From Vicinamibacteria bacterium (GTDB lineage: Bacteria; Acidobacteriota; Vicinamibacteria; Marinacidobacterales; Marinacidobacteraceae), in NCBI GenBank assembly GCA_963422395.1, contig OY729431.1, forward strand, positions 2,336,001-2,400,000: a DNA stretch of 64,000 nt, written 5' to 3'. Position 1 is the stretch's first letter. Every line of letters begins with the position of its first letter. A program made the position numbers and the translations under genes. Below, piece after piece: positions 30,073 through 38,417 of this stretch. The notes below the pieces were generated by a model. It saw nothing but the letters and a program-made list of their open reading frames with translations. It did no database searches and had not been told where the DNA came from.

Positions 30073-30331
30073 ATGCCTTCCACGTATCCCGTTCCGTGGA
30101 GGACGGTGAAGGAGCATCTCGACGAGCTTCTTCCGGGTTGGTCCATACAAGGTGTCGACCCATTCTCGTTTCCTCCGGTGCGAACTGATTCGGCCGGAAC
30201 CCTGCCGACTGCCACGAGGGAAGCATGGCGCATCAACCCCTGAAATACGACGAGGCGACCTGAGGAAGATGTTCCGGTTCTTCGGGAAATTCGAAGAAGC
30301 GAAAGCCCGGATACCCGACTTGCTGTGCTGA
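30073..30331 (+). pseudogene. Frameshifted HicA-like toxin
   Basis: MPSTYPVPWRTVKEHLDELLPGWS, then +1 frame YKVSTHSRFLR...LPRGKHGASTPEIRRGDLRKMFRFFG...*. Confidence 0.55.
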
Positions 30332-30412
30332 GGCGGGGCAGAAGGTCACGGAATCGCAGGAAGCGGCCCAGAAACCCAGTTTCACCTTGCCGGGTCGGCA
30401 GGGCGGTCGCGG

Positions 30413-31483
30413 TCAGCCGTCGAAGCGGACGGAGTAGATGGGGGGGAGGTCGGCACTGACGAGATCCCAGTTCTCGCCCAGGTTCTCCGAAATCCAGAGC
30501 GCGCCCGTGGTGGTGGCGAGCGCGAGAGCGGCCCCGGACGGGTGGATCTCGAGGCCGTGGCGGTAGGCCACGGCGAAGGAGTTCTCCTGCGGCAGCCCGC
30601 CGTCGAGGAGTTCCCAGCTCGCGCCGCCGTCGCTGGTGCGGGCGACGACCATCCGCCCGTCGACCGGAACCCGGCACTCGTCCTTGACCAGCGGGACGCT
30701 CCACGCCATCTGCGGGTCTGCGGGATGGGCTGCCACCGCGAAGCCGAAGGAGGACGGCGGGACTGCGAGGCTGGTCCAGGAGGAGGCGCCGTCGTCAGAG
30801 CGGAAGAAGCCGTTGTGGTGCTGACACCAGATGCGGTTTCGGTCGGCAGCGCACCAAGCGAGCCGGTGCGGGTCCTGGATATGCGGATCCTCCCGCTGCT
30901 CCGGAGGCATGTATTCGGCGAACATGCCCTGAGTGCTCACCCGGAAGGAAGCACCGCCGTCCTCACTGATCCAGACGCCGCCGCAGGAGACCCCGGCCAC
31001 CACCCGGTTCCCGTCTGGGGAAACGAGCAGCGAGTGGATTCCGGGCTTCGGATACCCGCCGCCGAACCAGCGGCGGCGCCCCGGCTGGTCCCACAGCGAC
31101 CGGTTCAGCGCCCAGGAACGGCCGCCGTCGCCGGAGCGGAAGAGCCCTCCCGGGATGGTGCCGCACCAGAGGCTCCCCGGATCCGGTCCGGCGGCTTCGA
31201 GGCACCAGAGCAGGTCGACCGAAGGCGCCTGCCCGCCGTCTTCCCCCGGCGGATACGCGGGAGCGGGCAACTCGCTGAAACGGGCGCCGCCGTCCTCGGA
31301 AACTCGGAGCTTCGCACCGAAGTGGCCGAGGTCGAGCGCGGCGTAGAGGCGGCCGCTGCGCCCGTCGGGAAGCACCTGCGACACCGGATCGCCCAGGAAC
31401 GCCGTCCGCTCGATGCGCCAATCGCCCTTGGCGAAACGGCGCACCGCGAGATAACCCTTCCGAGTTCCGAGATGGAGAAGCAT
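30413..31483 (-). CDS. BNR/Asp-box repeat beta-propeller (sialidase-like) protein
   Basis: Repeated S.DGG.(S/T)W Asp-boxes. Confidence 0.88.
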   Translation of the reverse strand: MLLHLGTRKGYLAVRRFAKGDWRIERTAFLGDPVSQVLPDGRSGRLYAALDLGHFGAKLRVSEDGGARFSELPAPAYPPGEDGGQAPSVDLLWCLEAAGPDPGSLWCGTIPGGLFRSGDGGRSWALNRSLWDQPGRRRWFGGGYPKPGIHSLLVSPDGNRVVAGVSCGGVWISEDGGASFRVSTQGMFAEYMPPEQREDPHIQDPHRLAWCAADRNRIWCQHHNGFFRSDDGASSWTSLAVPPSSFGFAVAAHPADPQMAWSVPLVKDECRVPVDGRMVVARTSDGGASWELLDGGLPQENSFAVAYRHGLEIHPSGAALALATTTGALWISENLGENWDLVSADLPPIYSVRFDG

Positions 31484-31490
31484 CTGCTTT

Positions 31491-31760
31491 CTAACCCCCA
31501 GAGAGTGCCTGCATGACATGGATTTCGGCGCTCGCTCCGATTCGGTCCTCTAGATCCGAGCCGCCGCGCAGCCGGCGACCGTCCACATAGACCGCCACAT
31601 GCGTCCGCAGGCGTCCCTGATCGTCCACCACATAGGAACGGAGGTTCGGGTTGCGGGAGAACACCGCGGCGAGCGCTTCGGAGACGGTTGCGCCGGCAGC
31701 CTCGGCGCTCTCCACCGCGAGATGCCGCCGGAGGTTCGGAGTGAAATGGATACGCGCCAC
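31491..31760 (-). CDS. MoaD/ThiS family ubiquitin-like protein
   Basis: 89 aa; ends MQALSGG. Confidence 0.88.
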   Translation of the reverse strand: MARIHFTPNLRRHLAVESAEAAGATVSEALAAVFSRNPNLRSYVVDDQGRLRTHVAVYVDGRRLRGGSDLEDRIGASAEIHVMQALSGG

Positions 31761-31807
31761 GGGGTCCAGATCCTGCGGTCGGGTTGCGAGCTTTTGCGGA
31801 AGCCGAA

Positions 31808-32758
31808 TCAGGGCGACTCCGGCGGTCGAGTCGGAGGGTGGGGTGAGGAGGCGCGCAGCAGTCCGGCGAGCCGACCGAGAGGTTCCTGGATCCGGCGCTG
31901 GTTGTCGGGGCCGAACCGCAGGAGGTGCTTGCTCGCCGGATCGAGCGCCTCGAGCGCCGGATCGCGGTACTCGAAGCGCAGGGTCTCGGCCACCAGCAGG
32001 ATGGGCGGCTCGGGAACCGGCACCGCTACCAGACGGTCCAGTGCGGCGAGGAGCGCCTGGGCGAAGCTGCGGTCGGGGCGTCCCAATTCGGTGTAGGCGA
32101 GCTCCAGAAGGGGCATCGTCTCCTGGATCGCCCGCGCCAGGCCCGGGATATCGACCGCGGAGATCGCGCGGGCGAGCGGGTCGTAGCGGGCGAAGGACTC
32201 GGGATGCAGCTGGCGCGCTTCGCCTTCTCCGCTGGCCTCGAAGGATCCGTCCGGCGCCAGCCCGGCCAGCGCCCGGCGCGGAGAATCGCCCTCCGCCACA
32301 TTTTCGACCGCGACCACGATACGCCGCGCCAGATCGTCGCTCAGCAACCAGGCGAGCGCATCGGGGTGGTCGGTCAGGGCCGCGAGCAGCGCCCGCAGGA
32401 AACCGTCGCTCGCATCGAGGGGCGGCAGAGCAGGCGGCTCCACGGCCACCGGTTCCGGCTCGGGCGCTGCGGTCTCGGCCGGCGGCTCGGGCTCCGGGGG
32501 AGGCTCGCTGCGACCGAACCACCAGTATCCTGCGGCCGCAAGCGCCACCGCGAGCCCGGTGATGCCCAGGACCCGCGTCCACCACCCGCCGCTTCCGAGC
32601 GCCGAAGCCGATTCCCCGATTCCCGGGGCGGGCTTCGAGGGAAGCACCTGCCCCCATTCGTCGTCCTCGACGCCGTTTTCTTCGGCGGGATCGCCCGCGA
32701 GGGAAGGGTCGAAGGGAGAACCCTTGAACCCCCCCGGATCCTCTCGATCGTTCTGCAT
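31808..32758 (-). CDS. DUF3014 domain protein
   Basis: TM followed by LPPLDASD...RYDP...AYTELG...KHLLRFGPDN. Confidence 0.85.
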   Translation of the reverse strand: MQNDREDPGGFKGSPFDPSLAGDPAEENGVEDDEWGQVLPSKPAPGIGESASALGSGGWWTRVLGITGLAVALAAAGYWWFGRSEPPPEPEPPAETAAPEPEPVAVEPPALPPLDASDGFLRALLAALTDHPDALAWLLSDDLARRIVVAVENVAEGDSPRRALAGLAPDGSFEASGEGEARQLHPESFARYDPLARAISAVDIPGLARAIQETMPLLELAYTELGRPDRSFAQALLAALDRLVAVPVPEPPILLVAETLRFEYRDPALEALDPASKHLLRFGPDNQRRIQEPLGRLAGLLRASSPHPPTRPPESP

Positions 32759-32918
32759 GCGGCGACGGCTCCCCTTTCGACCTTCCTCCGCTCGACCTTT
32801 CAAAATTCGGCCAGCGGCGGGGGCGGGGAAAGCAGATGATAGTCCGCCCCGACCCCGGAAGCGGGCTCCGGCGCCCGACCGTCGGAGCCCGCCGCGCCGC
32901 GTATCATCAGCGGAGGCG

Positions 32919-33098
32919 ATGATCCGGTTCCGCACCCTTGCGATCGTCATGGTTCTCGCCTCCGTCATCTACGCGCTCCTTCCCCGGAGCCGGAAGATGC
33001 GGCTCCTCGGCAAGCTGCGGGAGTTCGGACGGGCGCTGGTCATCTCGCTGGCGCTCTATTGGCTGCTGATGATCGGGAGAACCTGGTTCGCCGCCTAG
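32919..33098 (+). CDS. Small two-TM membrane protein (59 aa)
   Basis: GGAGG RBS; two hydrophobic helices; stop TAG coincides with the MITE insertion site. Confidence 0.65.
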   Translation: MIRFRTLAIVMVLASVIYALLPRSRKMRLLGKLREFGRALVISLALYWLLMIGRTWFAA

Positions 33099-33307
33099 CA
33101 GCCCGTGGACGAAGTCACACGGCAGTCGACCGGCGATGCCCAGTCCTCCCGGTGGGGGCCCCGGCTGAACCGCTTCGCTCTTCGTTGCGAATCCGTCGGA
33201 ATACGCCCGGTATGCCTCCCGATTCGCGCCTTGTCAGCCAGGCGCCGCCCCCACCGGGAGAACTGGCCCGGTCTCGGTGCTCGCGCCACTTCATCCACGG
33301 ACTGCTA
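33096..33307. mobile_element. MITE copy 2 (212 bp), CTAG at both ends
   Basis: Same TIRs and internal stem as copy 1. Confidence 0.9.
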
Positions 33308-33330
33308 GTTGACAGCGCCGCAGAAAAAAT

Positions 33331-33382
33331 GACCACTATATGTAGTAGGTCGATTCGTCGATGAACACTACATATAGTGGTC
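33331..33382. promoter_or_regulatory. Tandem NrdR-box-like operators
   Basis: CCACTATATGTAGTAG (33333) and ACACTACATATAGTGG (33365), 32 bp apart; TTGACA at 33309. Confidence 0.75.
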
Positions 33383-33494
33383 GATCGCGTCTGGAATCGT
33401 TCTGTGGCGCAGACTCCTAGCTGATGCCGATCGAATCGAACCTCGACCGCCGCAGCGGCAGGAACGGAAACGGGAAGTCGAGAGAGAACGAACC

Positions 33495-33932
33495 ATGACC
33501 GAAGACCGCAAGATCCGCCGTTCGCCCAGCGAGTGGCGGGCGCGGCTGACTCCGGAGCAATTCGAAGTCACCCGGCGGGGCGCCACCGAGCCGCCGTACC
33601 GCGGCGCCCACTACCGAAGGACCGACCCGGGGGAGTACCGCTGCGTCTGCTGCGGCGCGCTGCTCTTCGCTTCCGAGGACAAATACCCCTCGGGGAGTGG
33701 TTGGCCGAGTTTCACCCGGCCGGTGGAAACGCGGGTCGTTTCGACCGCCGTGGACCGGAGCCTCGGGACGGTGCGCACCGAAGCGGCCTGCGCCCGCTGT
33801 GAGGCGCACCTCGGCCATGTGTTCCCGGACGGGCCGCCCGAGGCGACCGGCCAGCGCTGGTGCATCAACTCCGCTTCGCTCGAATTCTGCCCCCGGAACT
33901 CCGGGCGCGAGGGAAGCGGCGACGACCGCTGA
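33495..33932 (+). CDS. msrB: Peptide-methionine (R)-S-oxide reductase
   Basis: GSGWPSF, HLGHVFPDGP, RWCINS; two CxxC. Confidence 0.95.
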   Translation: MTEDRKIRRSPSEWRARLTPEQFEVTRRGATEPPYRGAHYRRTDPGEYRCVCCGALLFASEDKYPSGSGWPSFTRPVETRVVSTAVDRSLGTVRTEAACARCEAHLGHVFPDGPPEATGQRWCINSASLEFCPRNSGREGSGDDR

Positions 33933-34671
33933 CCCGCTCCTCGCCATCCTCCTGCTGCTGCCGGCGGGATTCGTGGCGGGAATGCTCAATGTGGCGGCCG
34001 GCGGCGGGTCGTTCCTGACTCTGCCGCTGCTCCTCTTCCTCGGCCTGCCCCACACGGTCGCCAACGGAACGAACCGGCTGGCGATCCTGATCCAGACGGC
34101 GGGCGCCGTCGAGGCGTTTCGCCGGGCCGAGGTGATTCCGTCCGCGGTGCTGACCCGGCTGGGGCTCGCCGCCGTGCTCGGCGCGGGACTCGGCAGCACC
34201 CTCGCCCTCGAGGTCGGGGAAGCGGTGTTCCTGCGCTTCCTCTCCATCGTGATGGTGCTGTTCACCCTCTTGCCGGTGCTCGGGATCCGGCGGAAGGCTT
34301 CGGAAGAGGGCCGGCCGAAGGCGGGAGCCGCACTCTTCGCGGCCTTCCTGGTCGTCGGCTTCTACGGCGGATTCGTGCAGGCCGGCGTCGGCTTCCTGTC
34401 GCTCGGGGCGACCTCCTGGGCCGGCTTCGGACTGGTGGCAGGGAACGCGATCAAGGTCGCCTGCATCTTCCTCTTCTCCATCGTCTCGCTCTGCGTGTTC
34501 GCGGGAAACGGGATGGTGGACTGGCCGGTCGGGCTCGCGCTCGGCGGCGGCGCCTTCGCCGGGGCGCTGGTGGGCGCCCGGCTCACCCTGCGGGCGGACG
34601 ACCGGGTCCTGCGATTCCTGGTCACGGCGGCCACTCTCGGCTTCGCCGCAGCGCTCTGGCTGCGAGCCTGA
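33922..34671 (+). CDS. TauE/SafE (TSUP) family transporter
   Basis: AGGGSFLTLP, ANGTNR, GFYGGFVQAGVG; about 8 TM; start ambiguous (possible ACG). Confidence 0.85.
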   Translation, partial: TTADPLLAILLLLPAGFVAGMLNVAAGGGSFLTLPLLLFLGLPHTVANGTNRLAILIQTAGAVEAFRRAEVIPSAVLTRLGLAAVLGAGLGSTLALEVGEAVFLRFLSIVMVLFTLLPVLGIRRKASEEGRPKAGAALFAAFLVVGFYGGFVQAGVGFLSLGATSWAGFGLVAGNAIKVACIFLFSIVSLCVFAGNGMVDWPVGLALGGGAFAGALVGARLTLRADDRVLRFLVTAATLGFAAALWLRA

Positions 34672-34685
34672 CATTTCGCCGCCCG

Positions 34686-35915
34686 GTGGAATCCCCGAAG
34701 AACCTTCCGTCCACCTCCCCGGGCTTCGCTGGGAGCGGCGGCGGGCCGCAGCCCCGAAAGGGAAACCCCTGGGAGGTCCCGGCGAACGCATTGCCGCACC
34801 GCCGGCTGCGGCTTCGGCCTCCGGGGCCGTTCCCGCTGGAGAGCGGCGCAGTGCTGGACCGACTCGAGATCGCCTGCGAAACCTGGGGCGGCCCCGACTC
34901 GGAGCGGGGCAATGCAGTACTGATCTGTCCAGCGCTCTCCGCCGACGCCCACGCCGCTGGCCGGGGAGGCGCGGGCCTCGGCTGGTGGGACCCGATGATC
35001 GGCCCGGGAAAGGCGTTCGACACCGACCGCTTCTTCGTGATCTGCATGAGCCTCCTGGGCGGGTGCGGCGGAACCACCGGCCCCGGAAGCCCGAAACCCC
35101 AGAGCTCGCGCGCCTACGGACCCGACTTCCCCCCGGTGACCGTGGGAGACATCACCCGCGCCTCCCGCGCCGGGCTCCACGAACTGGGGATCCGGCGCCT
35201 CGCCGCCATCGCCGGCGGCTCGCTCGGGGGCATGCAGGCGCTCGAGTGGGCAGCGGCATATCCCGACGAGATCGATGCGGTCGCCGCCGTCGCCAGCACC
35301 GCCGCGCTCTCGACGCAGGGAATCGGCTGGAACGCAGTCGCTCGGAACGCCATCACCGGGGATCCGGCGTGGCACGGAGGACGCTACTCCGAGCACGGGA
35401 CCCGCCCGACGGCGGGCCTCGGAGTCGCCCGGATGGTGGGTCATCTCACCTACCTTTCGGCACCCGGCCTCGAAGCGAAATTCGGACGAAGGCTCCAGGA
35501 CCGCGAGGACTTCGCCGGCGACCTCGAAGCCGCCGACTTCCAGGTCGAGTCCTACCTGCGCCATCAGGCGGCGAAGTTCGATCGGCGTTTCGACGCGAAC
35601 GCCTACCTGCTGCTCTCACGGGCGCTGACCTGGTTCGATCTGGCTCGGCGCCACGGCGGCGGCGACCTCGCAGCAGCCGCCGCCCGCTTCCGCTGCCGCA
35701 CACTCCTGCTCTCTTTCTCCTCGGATTGGCTGTACCCTTCCTCGGATTCGGCTCGCCTCGCTGCCGCCCTCAGAAGCCGCCGCCGGCACGTCGTTCATCA
35801 CGAAATAAAAACGACTTACGGACATGATTCCTTCCTGCTGGAGGCGGCGCGGATGACCCCGCTCCTCCGGGACTTCCTGCACCGAACCCGAAGGACGAAG
35901 CCCTCCCTCCGATGA
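34686..35915 (+). CDS. metX: Homoserine O-acetyltransferase
   Basis: GGSLGGMQ, SDWLYP, YGHDSFLL. Confidence 0.92.
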   Translation: MESPKNLPSTSPGFAGSGGGPQPRKGNPWEVPANALPHRRLRLRPPGPFPLESGAVLDRLEIACETWGGPDSERGNAVLICPALSADAHAAGRGGAGLGWWDPMIGPGKAFDTDRFFVICMSLLGGCGGTTGPGSPKPQSSRAYGPDFPPVTVGDITRASRAGLHELGIRRLAAIAGGSLGGMQALEWAAAYPDEIDAVAAVASTAALSTQGIGWNAVARNAITGDPAWHGGRYSEHGTRPTAGLGVARMVGHLTYLSAPGLEAKFGRRLQDREDFAGDLEAADFQVESYLRHQAAKFDRRFDANAYLLLSRALTWFDLARRHGGGDLAAAAARFRCRTLLLSFSSDWLYPSSDSARLAAALRSRRRHVVHHEIKTTYGHDSFLLEAARMTPLLRDFLHRTRRTKPSLR

Positions 35916-37264
35916 GCGACGCCGGGGCGGGCGCCGAGACTCGCAGTTTCGGTTTCGCCACCCGCGCGGTGCATGCCGGGGCACGCCCGGAGCCGTACAC
36001 CGGCGCGCGCGCCACCCCGATCTTCCAGACCACCAGCTATGTCTTCGAGGACCCGGACCGGGCGGCGGCCTATTTCGACCTCCAGGACTACGGCAACACC
36101 TACTCGCGGATCGTGAACCCCACCGTGGCGGCGCTCGAAGAGCGGCTCGCTAGCCTCGAAGGCGGAGTCGGCGCGGTGGCCTTCGCGTCGGGGCTCGCGG
36201 CGCAGTCGGCGGCTTTCTTCACGATCCTCCGTCCGGGCGACCATGTGGCAGCGTCCCGGGCGCTCTACGGCGGCACGCTGACCCAGCTGCGCCACCTCGC
36301 TTCGAAGCTCGGATTCGGGGTGTCCTTCGTGGACCCCGACGACCTGGCTGCCTGGAGCGCCGCGGTCCGGGAGGAGACCCGCCTGCTCTTCTCCGAAACG
36401 ATCAGCAATCCCGGCGGCAAGGTGCTCGACATCGAGGCGGTGGCGGAGATCGCCCACCAGCGCGGCATCCCGCTGCTGGTGGACTCCACGCTCGCGACCC
36501 CATGGCTCTGCCGGCCGCTCGAATGGGGCGCCGACATCGTGGTCCACTCGACCACCAAGTTCCTCGGGGGCCACGGGACCAGCATCGGCGGCGCGGTCGT
36601 CGAATCGGGGCGGTTTCCCTGGGGGAACGGCAAGTTCCCCGGCGTCGCCGAACCGTCTCCGGCGTATCACGGGCTCGCCTTCCCCGAAACCTTCGGGGAG
36701 TACGGATTCCTGATGAAGCTGCGCGCGGAGACGCTCCGCGATCTGGGCGCCTGCCTGTCGCCGTTCAACGCCTTCCTGTTCCTCCTCGGGGCCGAGACGC
36801 TGCCGCTGCGGATGGAGCGGCACACCCGCAACGCGCTGGCGCTCGCCGGCTTCCTCGAGCAGCAACCGGGAGTCGCCGCAGTGGCCCACCCGGGCCTGCC
36901 GGGCAGCCGCTACGCGCGACTCACCGCGAAATACCTGCCTCGAGGCGCGGGGGCGGTGTTCTCGTTCGATCTCGAAGGCGGCCGGGAGGCCGGTGTGCGC
37001 TTCATCGAAGCGCTGTCGCTGTTCTCCCATCTCGCGAATGTGGGCGACGCGAAGAGCCTGGTGATCCATCCGGCGAGCACGACCCACCGGCAACTGAGCG
37101 AAGCGGAGCTCGGAAGCACGGGCATCGCACCGGGGACGATCCGGCTCTCGGTGGGCCTCGAGGACGAAGGAGACCTGATCTGGGACCTCGAACGCGGTCT
37201 CGACGCCGCCCGCGCGCCCGGATCCGCGCCGGAACCCGGAGGAGAGGCCCGGTGTCCGCAGTAG
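35912..37264 (+). CDS. metY: O-acetylhomoserine aminocarboxypropyltransferase
   Basis: YSRIVNPT; HSTTKFLGGHG PLP-Lys; ANVGDAKSL. Confidence 0.93.
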   Translation: MSDAGAGAETRSFGFATRAVHAGARPEPYTGARATPIFQTTSYVFEDPDRAAAYFDLQDYGNTYSRIVNPTVAALEERLASLEGGVGAVAFASGLAAQSAAFFTILRPGDHVAASRALYGGTLTQLRHLASKLGFGVSFVDPDDLAAWSAAVREETRLLFSETISNPGGKVLDIEAVAEIAHQRGIPLLVDSTLATPWLCRPLEWGADIVVHSTTKFLGGHGTSIGGAVVESGRFPWGNGKFPGVAEPSPAYHGLAFPETFGEYGFLMKLRAETLRDLGACLSPFNAFLFLLGAETLPLRMERHTRNALALAGFLEQQPGVAAVAHPGLPGSRYARLTAKYLPRGAGAVFSFDLEGGREAGVRFIEALSLFSHLANVGDAKSLVIHPASTTHRQLSEAELGSTGIAPGTIRLSVGLEDEGDLIWDLERGLDAARAPGSAPEPGGEARCPQ

Positions 37265-37791
37265 CCGCCTGCGATCTCCCGCCCCGGACGGCGCCGGGAG
37301 GGAGCAGCGAGGCAGCCGACTTCGCCCGCTATCAGGACGCCGGAGTCATCCGCCGCCTGCTTCGTTCGGCGCGCACGGTGGCGATCGTCGGGCTTTCGTC
37401 GAAGGAACTGCGGGCGAGCCACTTCGTGGGGCGCTACCTGCAGCAGAACGGATACCGGGTGATCCCGGTGAATCCCCGGGAGCAGGAGATCCTCGGCGAG
37501 CGCTCGTACCCGAGTGTGGCCGCCATCGAGGAACCGGTGGACATCGTGGATGTCTTCCGCGCGAAGGCGGCGGTCCCGGCGATCGTCGAGGAGAGTGCCG
37601 GGAAGGCGAAGGCGGTGTGGCTCCAGTTCGGGGTGATCCACGAGGAAGCCGCTCGCCGCGCCGGGAAGCTCGGGCTCGAAGTGGTCATGGACCGCTGCCT
37701 GAAGGTGGAGCACGCGAGGCACTTCGGCCGCTTGCACTGGTTCGGCTTCTCCACCCGGCGGATCGGCGCCAGAAGAACGGAGAGCCGCTGA
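37252..37791 (+). CDS. CoA-binding protein (YccU-like)
   Basis: TVAIVGLS, IPVNP, VDIVDVFR, VWLQFG, MDRCLKVEH. Confidence 0.9.
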   Translation: MSAVAACDLPPRTAPGGSSEAADFARYQDAGVIRRLLRSARTVAIVGLSSKELRASHFVGRYLQQNGYRVIPVNPREQEILGERSYPSVAAIEEPVDIVDVFRAKAAVPAIVEESAGKAKAVWLQFGVIHEEAARRAGKLGLEVVMDRCLKVEHARHFGRLHWFGFSTRRIGARRTESR

Positions 37792-38417
37792 TGCCCCCCC
37801 GCGGGAGCAGCGCGGAGCAATCCGCACCTCCGGCGGCGGACTCCACCATCTTTCGCCAGTTCGTCATGCGCCCGCGGGAGATCGGGGCGCTCAGCCGCAG
37901 TTCTCCGGCGCTCGCCCGCCGGATGGCGGAGGCGGTCCGCTGGCCGACTTCGGGCACGGTCATCGAAGCGGGGCCGGGCGACGGGGCGATCACCGAGGAG
38001 CTGCTGGCCGAAAAACCGGACGGAGCGTCGTTCCTCGCCGTCGAGGTGAACCCGGAGTTCGCCGCGGCGCTCCAGCGAAAGCTGCCCGAGGTGCGAGTCG
38101 TTCTCGACGATCTGCTGCACCTGCCCCGGATCTGCGCCCGCGAAGGGGTCTCGGAGGTCGATGTGGTGGTGGCGACCCTGCCCTGGTCGCTCCTGCCGCA
38201 GAAACGGCAGAAGGCGCTCTTGCGAGCGATCCTCGACACCCTCTCGCCGACGGGGCAGTTCCTGTTCTACATCTATGTCCAGGCGCTTCCGCTCTGGCAC
38301 CTCTCCTCGTTCGCGCGGCTGCTGCGCGAGCGGTTCGGGACCATCGAGCGCGGAAGGGTGGTGTGGCGCAACCTGCCGCCGGCGATCATCTTCGACTGCC
38401 GGGATCTGCGGGACTGA
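37791..38417 (+). CDS. Class I SAM methyltransferase (phospholipid N-methyltransferase-like)
   Basis: IGALSRSSPALARRM, IEAGPGDG, VWRNLPPA. Confidence 0.85.
   Translation: MPPRGSSAEQSAPPAADSTIFRQFVMRPREIGALSRSSPALARRMAEAVRWPTSGTVIEAGPGDGAITEELLAEKPDGASFLAVEVNPEFAAALQRKLPEVRVVLDDLLHLPRICAREGVSEVDVVVATLPWSLLPQKRQKALLRAILDTLSPTGQFLFYIYVQALPLWHLSSFARLLRERFGTIERGRVVWRNLPPAIIFDCRDLRD

Noticed and set aside
33495-33932. MsrB as a second selenoprotein
   Set aside because: The catalytic codon is TGC (RWCINS); no in-frame UGA
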